Source: Alphaproteobacteria bacterium
Lineage (GTDB): Bacteria > Pseudomonadota > Alphaproteobacteria > GCA-2731375
Assembly (NCBI GenBank): GCA_965225945.1
Contig: CBDDBZ010000039.1
Coordinates: forward strand, 480,001 to 544,000
Direction of reading: 5' to 3'
DNA length: 64,000 nt
Numbering within the stretch: the stretch's first letter is position 1; each line of letters opens with the position of its first letter. Positions 1 to 13,425 of this stretch are shown one piece after another. The translations under genes and the position numbers were made by a program. The notes under the pieces were generated by a model. The model saw nothing but the letters and a program-made list of their open reading frames with translations. It was not told where the DNA came from and ran no database searches.

Positions 1-196
1 CGAAGTGCAGTCCGACGAAGGGTGTGAACGATGCCGCGGCCCCCCAGGCGAAGCCGCCGGCGACCGCATAGGCGGTGCCCGGCATTCTGACGACGCGTTG
101 GCGGTAGTAGCGGTAGGCTCGGCGGAATCCCATGCGCGGCCAGAGAAAATCGCGCAGCTTGGCGCCGGAGCCGAGGGGAACACGCCGACGGAACAT
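1..196 (-). CDS. DUF2062 family membrane protein, N-terminal part (runs off window)
   Basis: Manual translation from ATG at 196: MFRRRVPLG...FLWPRMGFRRAYRY...VAGGFAWGAAASFTPFVGLHF. This is a typical DUF2062 pattern and its usual position after spoT in alphaproteobacteria. Confidence 0.75.
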   Translation of the reverse strand, partial: MFRRRVPLGSGAKLRDFLWPRMGFRRAYRYYRQRVVRMPGTAYAVAGGFAWGAAASFTPFVGLHF

Positions 197-255
197 ATCC
201 GTGCTTCAGCAACGCGGGGCGCCGGCCGGGCGGGCTGAGCGGAGGCTCACCTCGC

Positions 256-2406
<2,151 letters not shown>

Positions 2407-2526
2407 TGGCCGTCAGGCGACGTTCATGGGCTTTCGAAATCATGAAAGCAACGCACATGGAAAGCAAATTCGCCGGACCCATCCCCCGCGCGTCACGCGG
2501 CACCCGTTCGGCCTCCGCGCGACGGC

Positions 2527-2889
2527 TCAAGAGGGGGCCTGATCGTCCTCGGGCGGCGTGGTGGGAAGCGGCAACGGTGTCGGCACCCCCTCGCCGATCG
2601 CCTCGGCGGAGAACTGTTGCGTCAGGAGTTGAGACATATCCTCATCCTCCGGCTCGTCGACTTCCGCCAAGCTCTGCTGCCCGCTGATCAAGTCTTCGTT
2701 CAGCTTGTCGGCGGGGACCGTCCGCTCGGCGATCTCGCGCAACGCGATGACGGGATTCTTGTCGTTGTCTTCCGGCACCGTCGCCTGCTCGCCACCGGAG
2801 ATCTGGCGTGCCCGCGTGGCCGACATCAGAACCAGATCAAAGCGGTTCGGCACCTGGAGGATGCAGTCTTCCACCGTCACGCGGGCCAT
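2527..2889 (-). CDS. rpoZ: RNA polymerase omega subunit
   Basis: MARVTVEDC...NRFDLVL...[12 protein letters not shown]; adjacent to spoT. Confidence 0.96.
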   Translation of the reverse strand: MARVTVEDCILQVPNRFDLVLMSATRARQISGGEQATVPEDNDKNPVIALREIAERTVPADKLNEDLISGQQSLAEVDEPEDEDMSQLLTQQFSAEAIGEGVPTPLPLPTTPPEDDQAPS

Positions 2890-2980
2890 CTCGAAACCTC
2901 CGAACTCTCGAAGCACGCCCATTATTTAGGCCGCGTCTATATAGGCCGCGTCGCGGAGAGAGGCAAGCGGAACCGCTAGC

Positions 2981-3490
2981 TCAATCCGCCAGCGGCTCGA
3001 TCCCGGCGCGCGCCTCCTCCGGCAGCGCGTGATAGAGTTCGCGCGCCGTTCGCCCGAGCACCGGATGGCGCCAATCGGGCGCCACGTCTAGCAACGGCCG
3101 CAGGACGAAGGCACGATCCTGCAGCCGGGGATGCGGCAACTCCAGGGGAGAGCGATCGTCGGCGCGTCTAATCCGTTCGCCATGCGCCAGCAGATCGAGA
3201 TCGACCGTCCGCGCCGCCCAGCGTTTCCCCCGCTCGCGGCCCATCCGGGCCTCGACGGCGTGCAGCATTTCCAGCAACGCCTCGCCCGGCGGGCTTGCGT
3301 CCAACTGGGCGACGGCATTGACGTAGCAGGGCTGCGAGGACACCGGCACCGGCGCCGTCCGATACCAGGGGGACAGCTTCGCGATCCCCACACCTCTTTC
3401 CTTCAGGATCTCCAGGCTTGCCCTCAAGGCATCGAGGGAAGTGCCGAATTCTCGGGTTTCCAGGTTCCCTCCCAAGGCGATCAGAATCAT
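2981..3490 (-). CDS. folK: 2-amino-4-hydroxy-6-hydroxymethyldihydropteridine pyrophosphokinase
   Basis: MILIALGGNL, RWAARTVDLDLL, LPHPRLQDRAFVLRPL. Confidence 0.93.
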   Translation of the reverse strand: MILIALGGNLETREFGTSLDALRASLEILKERGVGIAKLSPWYRTAPVPVSSQPCYVNAVAQLDASPPGEALLEMLHAVEARMGRERGKRWAARTVDLDLLAHGERIRRADDRSPLELPHPRLQDRAFVLRPLLDVAPDWRHPVLGRTARELYHALPEEARAGIEPLAD

Positions 3491-3650
3491 CCTATCCACG
3501 CCCCACGAACGCATTCGACACTTTGAGCGGTCGAATATTTCTTCATTGACCTCGGCCCCGCTCTGGCGTAGCCAAGGCCTCGACGCTTCAGGTGCCCATA
3601 TTCGCGTGGTCCCATTCTTGCGTTTCCATACATTAGGAGAATCAGTCACG

Positions 3651-4340
3651 ATGGACTTCCACCCCGACGAAAGAATCGTACTCTATATCGACGGCGCAAA
3701 TCTGTATTCGGCGGCTCGCGCGCTCAATTTCGACATCGACTACAAAAAGCTGCTCGAGGAATTTCGGGGCAAGGGTCGGATGATCCGAGCGTTTTACTAT
3801 ACCGCCCTGATCGAGGACCAAGAATACTCGCCGATTCGCCCGCTGGTCGACTGGCTGGACTACAACGGCTACACCATGGTGACCAAGCCGACGAAGGAAT
3901 TCACCGACTCCTCCGGGCGGCGCAAGATCAAGGGCAACATGGACATCGAGATCGCGGTCGACATGATGCAAATGGCGGAACACTGCGATCACATCATCCT
4001 GTTCTCCGGCGACGGCGATTTTCGTCGCCTGGTCGAGGCGGTGCAACACAAGGGGCGGCGCGTCACCGTGGTCAGCACGGTTCGCATGCAACCGCCGATG
4101 GTCGCGGACGAGTTGCGCCGTCAAGCCGATCAGTTCATCGAACTGGAGACGCTGATTCCGATGGTGGCGCGCGATCCCAGCATCCGACAGCAAAACGCGC
4201 AGCGCCGCGCCGAGTCCCTAGCGGTGGAACGGTCCGAGGCCGATGGCGAGGACGACGTGGAGCCGATCGAGATCGATACCGCGGACTACGACGGCGACGA
4301 GGACGAGGACGAACACCAGGGATACGAGCCCAGGGTGTGA
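3651..4340 (+). CDS. NYN domain (LabA/DUF88) protein
   Basis: YIDGANLY, KGNMDIEIAVD, LFSGDGDF motifs; acidic tail; conserved folK-NYN-udg context. Confidence 0.92.
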   Translation: MDFHPDERIVLYIDGANLYSAARALNFDIDYKKLLEEFRGKGRMIRAFYYTALIEDQEYSPIRPLVDWLDYNGYTMVTKPTKEFTDSSGRRKIKGNMDIEIAVDMMQMAEHCDHIILFSGDGDFRRLVEAVQHKGRRVTVVSTVRMQPPMVADELRRQADQFIELETLIPMVARDPSIRQQNAQRRAESLAVERSEADGEDDVEPIEIDTADYDGDEDEDEHQGYEPRV

Positions 4341-4996
4341 CCTTGTCGGACCGAAGCGAGGCCAGCCCCGGCAATCCGCCGCTCGATTGCGCGCTCTGCG
4401 ACCGCCTGGTGGCCGAGCGCGCGGCCAACCGGGCGCAACGGCCGGACTGGCACAATGCGCCCGTGCCGTCGTTCGGACCGAGTACGGCTCGGCTGTTGAT
4501 CGTCGGTCTGGCGCCCGGCCGGGGCGGCGCCAATCGGACGGGCCGTCCCTTCACCGGCGACCATGCGGGCGATCTGCTCTACGCGACCTTGGCCAAGTTC
4601 GGCTTTTCCCGGGGCAGCTACGATGCCCGGCCCGACGACGGCCTCGAGCTGATCGCGTGTCGGATCACCAACGCCGTGCGCTGCCTGCCACCGAAGAACA
4701 AGCCGAGCGGCGCGGAAATCCGCCAATGCCGGCGCTTCCTCGCGGCGGAACTGTCGGCGCCAGCGGGGCCGGCGGTGATCCTGGCGCTCGGCCGCGTCGC
4801 GCATGATTCGACCCTCGACGCCCTCGGCCAGCGCCGCGGCGACCATCCCTTCGCGCACGCCGCGCGGCACCAGCTCGTCGCCGGCCGGGTGCTCCACGAC
4901 AGCTATCATTGCTCGCGCTACAACACCCAGACGCGACGGCTGACGCGTGAGATGTTCGAGGCCGTCTTCGCCGCCATCCGCCGGGACCTCGGATAG
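4337..4996 (+). CDS. Uracil-DNA glycosylase, Fe-S type (family 5-like)
   Basis: CxxCxRL, GLAPGxxGANRTGRPFTGD, VRCLPPKNKP, YHCSRYNTQT. Confidence 0.9.
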   Translation: MTLSDRSEASPGNPPLDCALCDRLVAERAANRAQRPDWHNAPVPSFGPSTARLLIVGLAPGRGGANRTGRPFTGDHAGDLLYATLAKFGFSRGSYDARPDDGLELIACRITNAVRCLPPKNKPSGAEIRQCRRFLAAELSAPAGPAVILALGRVAHDSTLDALGQRRGDHPFAHAARHQLVAGRVLHDSYHCSRYNTQTRRLTREMFEAVFAAIRRDLG

Positions 4997-5180
4997 GGCC
5001 GAGTGGCCCAGCGGACTATGAGGGCGGATTTGGCCGAAGCAATCCGGGAAAAGGGATATCGAGGCGAAGCCGAGGAACTTTGTGCCGATCAACAAAGTAG
5101 CCTGGCCATATACAGGCTTTCGAGCAAGTGTGCGCGATTGGCTGGACCGATTTTGATGATCGGTTGCACGAGCGCGATCG

Positions 5181-5440
5181 TCAGGTCGGCGGTTCGATCG
5201 CCGACCTGACGGCGGGAACCTTCGGGGCAAGATCGCATGCCACGCGAAAGTGAATTTTCGCCTCCACTATTTTATCCTTGGCTATCAATAACAGCGCGTA
5301 ATTGTAATGGGTCTCCGGGTCATCTGGTCGCAGGCGTAGGGCCTCCCCATAATACGCTTCGGCCTCGGCTATATCGCCTCGAATATGTAGGAGAGCCGCA
5401 ATATCGTTATGGGCCTTCGGGTAGTCCGGCCACTCCACCT
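5181..5440 (-). pseudogene. TPR-repeat protein C-terminal remnant
   Basis: PDYPKAHNDIAALL..GDIAEAEAYYGEALRLRPDDPETHYNYALLL is TPR-like; no convincing start codon. Confidence 0.5.
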
Positions 5441-5475
5441 GGCCAAATGATAGGATAGAAGCCACTCCCAAGTAT

Positions 5476-5739
5476 ATGGTCGAGCGACATCTCCCGGGGA
5501 TCACCAGCGATCAGTTGTCCGCGGCTGCCACTCGGGCGAAGTCCGTCACGGTCCAGATGAGCGATGAGGGCATCCCTGTTCGATACCTCCGCTCCACTTT
5601 CGTGCCGGGTGAAGAGAAGTGTTACTGTCTCTTCGATGGGCCCTCCGCCGACGCGGTCGAGCAGGCCAATAAGCGAGCAGAGATACCTTACGAACGCGTC
5701 GTCGAAGCCATGCACATCGCATCGGACGATTTAAGTTAG
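5476..5739 (+). CDS. DUF4242-like small protein
   Basis: MVERHLPGIT...YLRSTFVPGEEKCYCLFDGPSADAVEQANKRAEIP pattern. Confidence 0.7.
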   Translation: MVERHLPGITSDQLSAAATRAKSVTVQMSDEGIPVRYLRSTFVPGEEKCYCLFDGPSADAVEQANKRAEIPYERVVEAMHIASDDLS

Positions 5740-5893
5740 GGTCCGTCTCTTCCCTTGGGTTCTCGGCGGCATAATCCGCGTTTTCCCAGCACGCGGGCTC
5801 TCCGCGGTTGATGGTTGGCACTGTCACGCAAGGGGGAGTGCGACGTGCCCGGCCGCCAACATCTGGATACTCCAAAAGCTACCGGAAGCCCTA

Positions 5894-7071
5894 GTGTCCT
5901 GATCGATAAATTGATATGATTATGTCTCTATTTGTTTTCAGGAGGCGCGATTGATGGCGAGAGTGGCGGTGACGATCTCTTTGAGCGATGACGAGCGCGC
6001 CGAATTGGAGGCGCTGTCTCGTCGTCGCAAGACGTCGCAGGGGCTTGCGCGGCGGGCTCGGATCGTCTTGGCGGCGGCGGAAGGGTTGGAGAACAAGGAG
6101 ATCGCCGTTCGTCTCGAGGCGAGCGCGGACACCGTGGGCAAGTGGCGTCGCCGCTATGCGGCGGAGGGCCTCGACGGTCTGTACGACGAACCCCGCCCCG
6201 GCGCGCCGCGTCAAATCGGCGATGACGCCATCGCGGAAGCGGTCCGGCTGACGCTGGAAGAGACGCCGCCGGACGCGAGCCATTGGAGCCTTCGCTCGAT
6301 GGCGCGGGCGAGCGGCCACGCGCCCTCGACCATTCATCGCATCTGGCGGGCCTTCGGCTTGCAGCCGCATCGCTCGGAGACCTTCAAGCTGTCGAGCGAT
6401 CCCTTCTTCGTGGAGAAGGTCCGCGACATCGTCGGTCTGTATTTGGCGCCGCCGGATCGTGCCCTGGTTCTCTGTGTCGACGAAAAGAGCCAGATCCAGG
6501 CCTGGACCGTTCCCAGCCCCTCTTGCCGATGCGCCCCGGGCAGGCGGAGCGGCGCAGCCACGACTACAAGCGCCACGGCACGACCTCTCTCTTCGCGGCC
6601 CTCGACATCGCCACGGGAGAGATCATCGGCAAATGTTTCCCGCGCCATCGGGCCCGAGAGTTCCGCAAATTCCTCGACCTCGTCGAGGCGAACGTCCCTG
6701 GTGATCTCGACATCCACATCGTCATGGACAACTACGGGACCCACAAGACCAAGGCGATCCGCGACTGGTTCGCCAAACGGCCGCGCTGGCAGGCCCATTT
6801 CACACCCACCAGCGCCTCCTGGCTCAACCAGGTCGAGCGCTGGTTCGGGCTGCTGACCGACAAGCAGATCAGGCGCGGCGTCCATCGCTCCACCAAGGAG
6901 TTGGAGCGCACCATCCTCGACTACATCGACACGACAAACCAGAACCCCAAACCCTTCAAATGGACCAAATCCGCCGATGACATCCTCGGCGCCATCCAGC
7001 GCTTCTGCCTCCGAACAATCGAAATCGCTGAACAGCAGGCGAAAATCATGCGAACTTCGGAATCGGGACAC
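5894..7071 (+). mobile_element. IS630 family element; transposase 5954..7074 frameshifted near 6500
   Basis: Both ends lie in CTAG with TA duplicated; ends gtgtcctgat / atcgggacac. HTH in ORF 5951-6856 and DDE ([24 protein letters not shown]) continued in ORF 6283-7074. Confidence 0.93.
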
Positions 7072-7351
7072 TAGTTTACGGTTAACCTCATCGCGGCAAA
7101 TGTCATGGCCCGATGTCGGCCATGGGACACAACCCGACATACCGAAAATTCGCTCCGCGCATAGATTCTTCCACAGCGGTTCGCTAATCTCGATGCCAAG
7201 GGGGACCGTCAATGGAGTGTCGCCTCGCCGCGATCCATGCTGGCGACGTGGCTTGCTACACCCGTCTAATTCGAGCGGACGACGGCCGTAGTCGCGGCCG
7301 AGGCCCGCAGCCGTGTCCCCCAGATCACTCCGCTACAGGACTAGCCGTTTC

Positions 7352-8233
7352 ATGAAACTGGTCACCTACAACATTCAATATGGCGTCGGGAAAGACTGGA
7401 AATGCGATCTCGGCCGCATCGCACAGGCGGTGGTCGGGGCCGACGTCATCGCCCTGCAGGAGGTGGTCCGCCACATGCCGATGACCGGGGCCGGCGACCA
7501 GCCGGCCGAACTGGCGGGCCTCTTGCCCGGCTACTATTGGGTCTATGGCGCGGGCGTGGACCTCGACCGCAGCGAGGTGGGCGAGGATGGCTCGATCGTC
7601 AACCGCCGCATGCAGATCGGTAACATGCTGCTTGCCCGCCGGCCGATCCTGTCATTGCGCCTGTTCATGCTGCCCAAGCTCTCGCCCATTGACCGCCAGA
7701 CCTCTCAGCGCGTCGCCCTCGAGGGCATCGTCGAGACTGACAGCGGCCCCTTGCGGCTTTTCTCCGTGCATCTGAGCGCCGCCTACAGCCGCGAGCGCAA
7801 GCTGCAGGTGGCCGAACTGCTGCGACTGCACCGCGAAGGCCCGATGAGTGGGGCGGTGAGCGACGGACCGAACAACTGGGCCGAACGCAATGCTCTGAAA
7901 TGCCCGCCGGTTCCCGAGACGGCGGTCATCATGGGCGACTTCAACTTCGAGCCCAGTCACCCGGAATACGCCCTGATGACGGGTGAAGTGGACCCCATCT
8001 ACGGCCGCATCACGACCCGCGACGGCTTCGCCGATGCCTGGGTGCGCGCCGGTCACGGCGAGGACGAGGGGGTCACCTGCCCCTATTGCCCGGAGAACGA
8101 CACCATCCACGACATGCGCCTCGACTACGTCTACGTCAGCGCCGACTTGGCCGGCCGCGTGTGCGCCGCCCGCATCGACGACGACGCCCAGGGCTCAGAC
8201 CACCAGCCGGTGTGGGCCGAACTCGAGCTTTAG
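7352..8233 (+). CDS. Endonuclease/exonuclease/phosphatase family protein
   Basis: VTYNI, ALQEV, GDFN, RLDYVY, GSDHQPV motifs. Confidence 0.9.
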   Translation: MKLVTYNIQYGVGKDWKCDLGRIAQAVVGADVIALQEVVRHMPMTGAGDQPAELAGLLPGYYWVYGAGVDLDRSEVGEDGSIVNRRMQIGNMLLARRPILSLRLFMLPKLSPIDRQTSQRVALEGIVETDSGPLRLFSVHLSAAYSRERKLQVAELLRLHREGPMSGAVSDGPNNWAERNALKCPPVPETAVIMGDFNFEPSHPEYALMTGEVDPIYGRITTRDGFADAWVRAGHGEDEGVTCPYCPENDTIHDMRLDYVYVSADLAGRVCAARIDDDAQGSDHQPVWAELEL

Positions 8234-8251
8234 GGCCGTACGGCGATCAGG

Positions 8252-8355
8252 TGTCAATTGGTGTCGAATATCGACCCCCTATCGGCGTGCAAAATTGACC
8301 CCCCCCTTCCCTGCGTTCGCTCGGAGGTTGCCCATAGGGGGGACCCGCGCGCGCC
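8252..8355. mobile_element. Solo IS21-family terminal repeat remnant
   Basis: tgtcaattggtgtcgaatatcgaccccctatcggcgtgcaaaattgacccc resembles the reverse complement of the IS21 end at 51080-51130; no transposase nearby. Confidence 0.75.
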
Positions 8356-8455
8356 GTGTCGTGCCCGCCTACACGGAACGGGGCGCGCGGGCGAAGGAAC
8401 GCGGTCGCCCCTCCGCCCTTCCGATCAGGGAACCAAGGCCGCCCTGCTCGCCCGC

Positions 8456-8911
8456 TCAGCCCCGGCGCAACAGGCGCTGCTGCTGGCGCTTCCAGTCCCG
8501 TTCCTTGATCGCGGCGCGCTTGTCGTATTGCCGCTTGCCGCGGGCCAAGCCCAGCAGCACCTTGGCGATGCCGCGCTCGTTGAAATAGAGCCTGAGCGGC
8601 ACGACGGTGCCACCCTGGCGGTGGATCCGGTCGCTGAGCTTGCCGATCTCGCGGCGATGCAGCAGCAACTTTCGGGCCCGGCGCGGCTGATGGTTATACC
8701 GATTGCCGGCCGTGTATTCCGGGATATAGGCGTTGAGGAGGAACAGCTCGCCGCCGGTCTCGCTGGCATAGCTTTCCGAGATGTCGGCGCGGCCCTCGCG
8801 CAACGACTTGACCTCGGTGCCGGCCAGCACCAGCCCCGCCTCCACCGTCTCGTCGATGAAGTAGTTGTGGCGGGCCTTTCTGTTTTCCGCCGCGACCCGG
8901 ACCTGAGCCAT
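8456..8911 (-). CDS. smpB: SsrA-binding protein
   Basis: [42 protein letters not shown]. Confidence 0.97.
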   Translation of the reverse strand: MAQVRVAAENRKARHNYFIDETVEAGLVLAGTEVKSLREGRADISESYASETGGELFLLNAYIPEYTAGNRYNHQPRRARKLLLHRREIGKLSDRIHRQGGTVVPLRLYFNERGIAKVLLGLARGKRQYDKRAAIKERDWKRQQQRLLRRG

Positions 8912-8919
8912 CGCCGCCG

Positions 8920-9795
8920 TCAGTTGAGCAGGCCGGCGTGACGCAGCGCCCCCTCGACCTTCTTCTTGGTGCCCTCGCTCGGCGGCACCAGTGGCAGCCT
9001 GAGCTCGCCCGGGCAGAGACCGAGCACGTTCGCCGCGTGCTTCACGCCGCCCGGGCTCGGCTCCAGGAACAGCGCCACGTGCAGCGGCATCAGCCGATCC
9101 TGATATTCCAGCGCGGTTTTGTAGTCGCCCGCCATGCAGGCTTCCTGGAACTCGCTGCAGAGCCTGGGCGCGACATTCGCCGACACCGAGATGCAGCCGT
9201 CGCCACCATGCGCCATGTAGCCGAGCGCGGTCCCGTCCTCGCCCGAGAGCTGGCACCAATCGCCGTCGATCAGCATTTGCTCCTTGCTCGGCCGGGTCAG
9301 GTCGGCGGTCGCGTCCTTGACGCCGACGACGTTGGTCAGCGTCGCGATCCGCGCCATCGTGTCGGGTAGGATGTCGACCACGGCGCGGGGCGGGATGTTG
9401 TAGACGATGATCGGCAGGTCGACCGCGTCGTTGATCGCCTTGAAGTGCTGGTAGAGCCCCTCCTGATTGGGCTTGTTGTAATAGCCCGCTACATGCAGCG
9501 CGCCATCGGCGCCGGCAGCTTTCGCATGCTCGGTCAAATCGATCGCCTCCGCCGTGCTGTTGGAGCCGGCGCCAGCGATGACCGGCAGGCGGCCGTCGAC
9601 CTGCTCGATGACGACGTCGATAACGCGCTTGTGCTCATCGTGGCTCAGCGTCGGCGATTCACCCGTGGTGCCGCATGGCACGATGCCGTGGGTGCCCTGC
9701 TCGACATGCCAGTCGACCAGTTTGCGAATCGAGGCCTCGTCCACGTCTCCGTTCCGAAACGGGGTGATCAATGCGACGATCGAGCCCTTGAACAT
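8920..9795 (-). CDS. dapA: 4-hydroxy-tetrahydrodipicolinate synthase
   Basis: [34 protein letters not shown]. Confidence 0.96.
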   Translation of the reverse strand: MFKGSIVALITPFRNGDVDEASIRKLVDWHVEQGTHGIVPCGTTGESPTLSHDEHKRVIDVVIEQVDGRLPVIAGAGSNSTAEAIDLTEHAKAAGADGALHVAGYYNKPNQEGLYQHFKAINDAVDLPIIVYNIPPRAVVDILPDTMARIATLTNVVGVKDATADLTRPSKEQMLIDGDWCQLSGEDGTALGYMAHGGDGCISVSANVAPRLCSEFQEACMAGDYKTALEYQDRLMPLHVALFLEPSPGGVKHAANVLGLCPGELRLPLVPPSEGTKKKVEGALRHAGLLN

Positions 9796-9915
9796 GATAT
9801 CCTCCCTGGGATTTTGCCCGACGATACCGGTTGCACAGGGTCGCGGCAAGCGCGTCGAGGGCGCGGCCCGCGGGTCGGTTGGACGGCACGCGCGCGCGCG
9901 GGTAAAATCCGCTTC

Positions 9916-11991
9916 ATGTATTCGCGACGCGCCATGGCGTGGGCTGATCGGCACCGCTTGCTTCGGGGCGCGCGTCCGGGCCACATATTCGCCGCCTTGG
10001 CGGGCTTGGTTCTCCTGGCTTCCCTCTCCTCGACGGCCGCGGCCGTCCCCTCGGCCCCGGCCACCGGCGACCTCTCCGACTTCGAGGCGAAGCTGACCGC
10101 GGCCGACGAAGAGCTCTACACCCGGGCCTTCCGCGCGGCCGACGGAGGCGGCTGGAACCGCGCCAATCGCTTGGCCCGCCGCGCCCGAGAACCGCTCCCC
10201 GCTAAAATCCTGGAATGGCTGCGCCTGACCAGGGGCCAAGGCGAGCCCAGTTTCGAACGGTTGGTCCGCTTCATCGAGCAGAACCCCAACTGGCCGCGCC
10301 GCCGGTCCCTGCTGGCGCAGGCGGAAGAGGCTATGGCGAAGAACGTCTCCGACGCCCGCATCATCGCCTGGTTTCGCGCTCGCCGCCCGGTGACGGGCAG
10401 GGGCCGACAGCGCCTCGGCGAGGCGCTGTTGGCCGAGGGCTTCGCGAAGCAAGGCGCCGAGTGGCTGCGCCATACCTGGGTCCACGACGACTACGAACGC
10501 GAAGAACAGCGGCGGTTCCACAAGTGGCATCGGAGCCTGCTGCGTACGGAAGATCATGTCGCCCGGCTCGACCGCCTGCTTTGGGACGAGCGGCGGAGCG
10601 ACGCGAAAGCCATCCTGGGCTTGGTGCCCGCCGACCAACGGCGCCTGGCGGAGGCGCGACTGGCGCTGATGCGCCGGAGCCGCGACGTGGGAAAGCGGAT
10701 CTCGGCCGTGCCGAGCGCGCTGCGCAATAATCCCGGCCTGGTTTACGAGCGCGTGCGCTGGCGGCGCCGCGCCGGCGAGGAGGAGAGCGCGCGGAAGCTG
10801 TTGGCGGCCCACGAGGGCGACGAGGGCGCCCGGCCCGAGAAGTGGTGGGCGGAGCGGCACCGCCATGTGCGGGATTTGATCGAGAAGCGGCGGATGAAGA
10901 CCGCCTACGCGCTTGCCCAAATGCACGGACAACCGCCCTTCAGCGTCGGCTTCGCCGAGGCCGAGTTCCTCTCCGGCTGGCTCGCCTTACGTTTCTTGAA
11001 GAAGCCCTTGGCCGCTGCCTGGCATTTTCGCCGCCTCTACGACGGTGTCCGCTTCCCGATCTCGCGCGCTCGCGCCGCCTATTGGCGGGCCCGCGCGTCC
11101 CAGGCCCTCGGGCAGGCCAATCACGCCCAGCGCTGGTATCGCCTGGCAGCGCGATATCCGGCCACCTACTACGGACAATTGGCGACCGAGGCGCTGGGAC
11201 GCGGATCGCTGTTGCGGTTGCCCAGGCTGCGCAAGCCGCGCGACGCCGAGCGGCGGATCTTCGCGCGCCGCGAACTGGTCCGCGCGGCGGCGATGATGTC
11301 GCAACTGGGACAACGCCGATTGTTCCGGAGTTTCATGCTGCGTCTGGGTGAAACCCTGCCAGGCCGCCTCGATCAGTATCTATTGTCCTGGATGGCGCGG
11401 CGTCATCGCCATCCCGGTCTCGCCATTCGGTTGGCCAAGAAGGCGCTCCGCCAAGGCACCACGGTGATCGAGACCGCCTATCCCCTGGTCACCATCCCCC
11501 GCACGCGCAGCGAGCGCAGCCTGGTCCTCGCGGTCGCGCGGCAGGAAAGCGAGTTCGATCCCCGGGCCATAAGCCCGGCCGGCGCGCGCGGCATCATGCA
11601 GCTCATGCCGTCCACGGCGCGCGGGGTCAGCCGCGACATCGGCGCCCGCTACTCCAAGCGGCGGCTGACCGGCGATCCGCGCTACAACATTCGCCTCGGC
11701 GACAGCTATCTCGTCCAACTCGCCGAGTAGTAGAATGGCTCCTATGTGCTGACCGTCGCCGCCTACAACGCCGGGCCCGGCCGGGTCAGAACATGGATCA
11801 AGCGCAACGGCGACCCCAGAAAATCCAAGGTCGACGCGATCGACTGGGTGGAGCTGATCGGCTTCCAGGAGACCCGCAACTATGTGCAGCGGGTCATGGA
11901 GAACCTGCAGATCTACCGCGCCCGCATCGCCAACCGGCCGATCGCCAGCCGCATCGGCGCCGACCTGGTGCGCAACCGCACGGCCAACTGA
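9916..11991 (+). pseudogene. slt: Soluble lytic murein transglycosylase (Slt70-like) interrupted by in-frame TAG TAG at 11728-11733
   Basis: ARQESEF and GARGIMQLMP precede the stops; NGSYVLTVAAYNAGPG and ETRNYVQRV follow in the same frame. Confidence 0.85.
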
Positions 11992-12022
11992 TGGCGCGCG
12001 CAACGATGAGGGAGAAGACGCG

Positions 12023-13105
12023 ATGAAATGGGGTGTCTTCAGCCTGAGCCAGATGCCGGATCAGAGCAATCGCGTCGCGGCTTTCGACGCCGATTTTCGC
12101 CAGTTCGAGCTGGCGGAGAAATTGGGCTACGACACCATCTGGATCGCCGAGCACCTGTTCTCGAGCTATGGCGTGGTGACCTCGACCCAGGTGTTGGCCG
12201 CGGCAATCGCCGAGCGGACGGAGAAGATCGGCATCGGCATGGCCGTCGTGGTGATCCCCTTCAACCATCCACTCCGCACCGCCTCCGATTTTGCCCTGGT
12301 CGACGTGTTGAGTCATGGCCGCTTGAAGTTCGGCGTCGGCCGGGCCTATCAGCCGCACGAGTTCGCCGGCCTCGACGTGGCGATGACCGAGAGCCGGGAG
12401 ATGTTCGCCGAGGGGATGGAGATCATTACCAAGGCCTGGACCCAGGAGAAGATGAGCCACTTCGGGCGCCACTGGCGGGTGCCGATCGACACCGAGGTGT
12501 TGCCGAAGCCGGTGCAGAAGCCCCATCCGCCGATCTATCAAGCCTCCATCTCGCCGGAGAGCTACGAGATCGCGGCGGTGAACGGCTGGCACCTGCAGCT
12601 CGCCTCGCCCTTCAACTATCGGAACTACCGCGAGAAGTGGATGGACCAGTTGGAGGTGCATCTGGCGCATTACGCCGAGCGCCGCGAGGCGTGTGGGCAC
12701 GGCGCGGACGGCGGTGAACGGATGCTGCTGACGCCCTTCTTCGTCGCCGACACGAACGAGGAGGCGATCGAGATCTACCGGCCCAGGGTCGAATGGTTCT
12801 ACGCCAAGGTCAGCGCCAACCAGGGCGCGACACCCGGCCAGGCGGCGGAGGTCAAGGGCTACGAGCTCGGCATGCGGGAAGGCAAGCGGACCCGCGAGAT
12901 GGGCTGGCTCACCTTCGACAAATTGCGCGAGCACGGCGCCTGCGTGGTCGGCGATCCCGACTATTGCATCGAGCGCCTCGCCGAGATGAAGCGGCGCTTC
13001 GGGATCACCGAATTCACCCTCTGGTTCAACATCGCCGGCATCGAGGGCGAGATCGCCGAGCGCTCGATGCGCCTCGCGATGGAGCAGGTGATCCCCAACG
13101 TCTGA
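12023..13105 (+). CDS. LLM class flavin-dependent oxidoreductase
   Basis: WIAEHLF, DVLSHGRLKFGVGR, PKPVQKPHPP. Confidence 0.9.
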   Translation: MKWGVFSLSQMPDQSNRVAAFDADFRQFELAEKLGYDTIWIAEHLFSSYGVVTSTQVLAAAIAERTEKIGIGMAVVVIPFNHPLRTASDFALVDVLSHGRLKFGVGRAYQPHEFAGLDVAMTESREMFAEGMEIITKAWTQEKMSHFGRHWRVPIDTEVLPKPVQKPHPPIYQASISPESYEIAAVNGWHLQLASPFNYRNYREKWMDQLEVHLAHYAERREACGHGADGGERMLLTPFFVADTNEEAIEIYRPRVEWFYAKVSANQGATPGQAAEVKGYELGMREGKRTREMGWLTFDKLREHGACVVGDPDYCIERLAEMKRRFGITEFTLWFNIAGIEGEIAERSMRLAMEQVIPNV

Positions 13106-13113
13106 GGTCGGGC

Positions 13114-13425
13114 TCAGGGATAGGTCTGAACGTAGGCCTCGCGGATTCGGGTCGAGACCGCGCCGAATTTGGCATCGTATTCGGCCAGCAGGTCCTCGAA
13201 CTCTCGGCTGTCTTGGAAGCGGGCGAAGCTCTCCTCGCTGTCGAACTCGTAGACCGCGATATTTTGGTGCTTGTCGTCGCTCATCAGGGTCTTGTAACGC
13301 CGCGCGCTGACCGCGCCCGGGAAGCGCAGCAGTTGGGCGCAGTGCTCGGTGTCGTACCAATGGTTGAAGGCCGCCTCGTGGTCGGGCTCGATGGTCGCCT
13401 TGACGGTCAGAAGTACGATGGCCAT
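13114..13425 (-). CDS. Dimeric alpha-beta barrel (EthD/DUF4286-like) protein
   Basis: FNHWYDTEH..LLRFPGAVSARRY..AVYEFDS pattern. Confidence 0.65.
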   Translation of the reverse strand: MAIVLLTVKATIEPDHEAAFNHWYDTEHCAQLLRFPGAVSARRYKTLMSDDKHQNIAVYEFDSEESFARFQDSREFEDLLAEYDAKFGAVSTRIREAYVQTYP

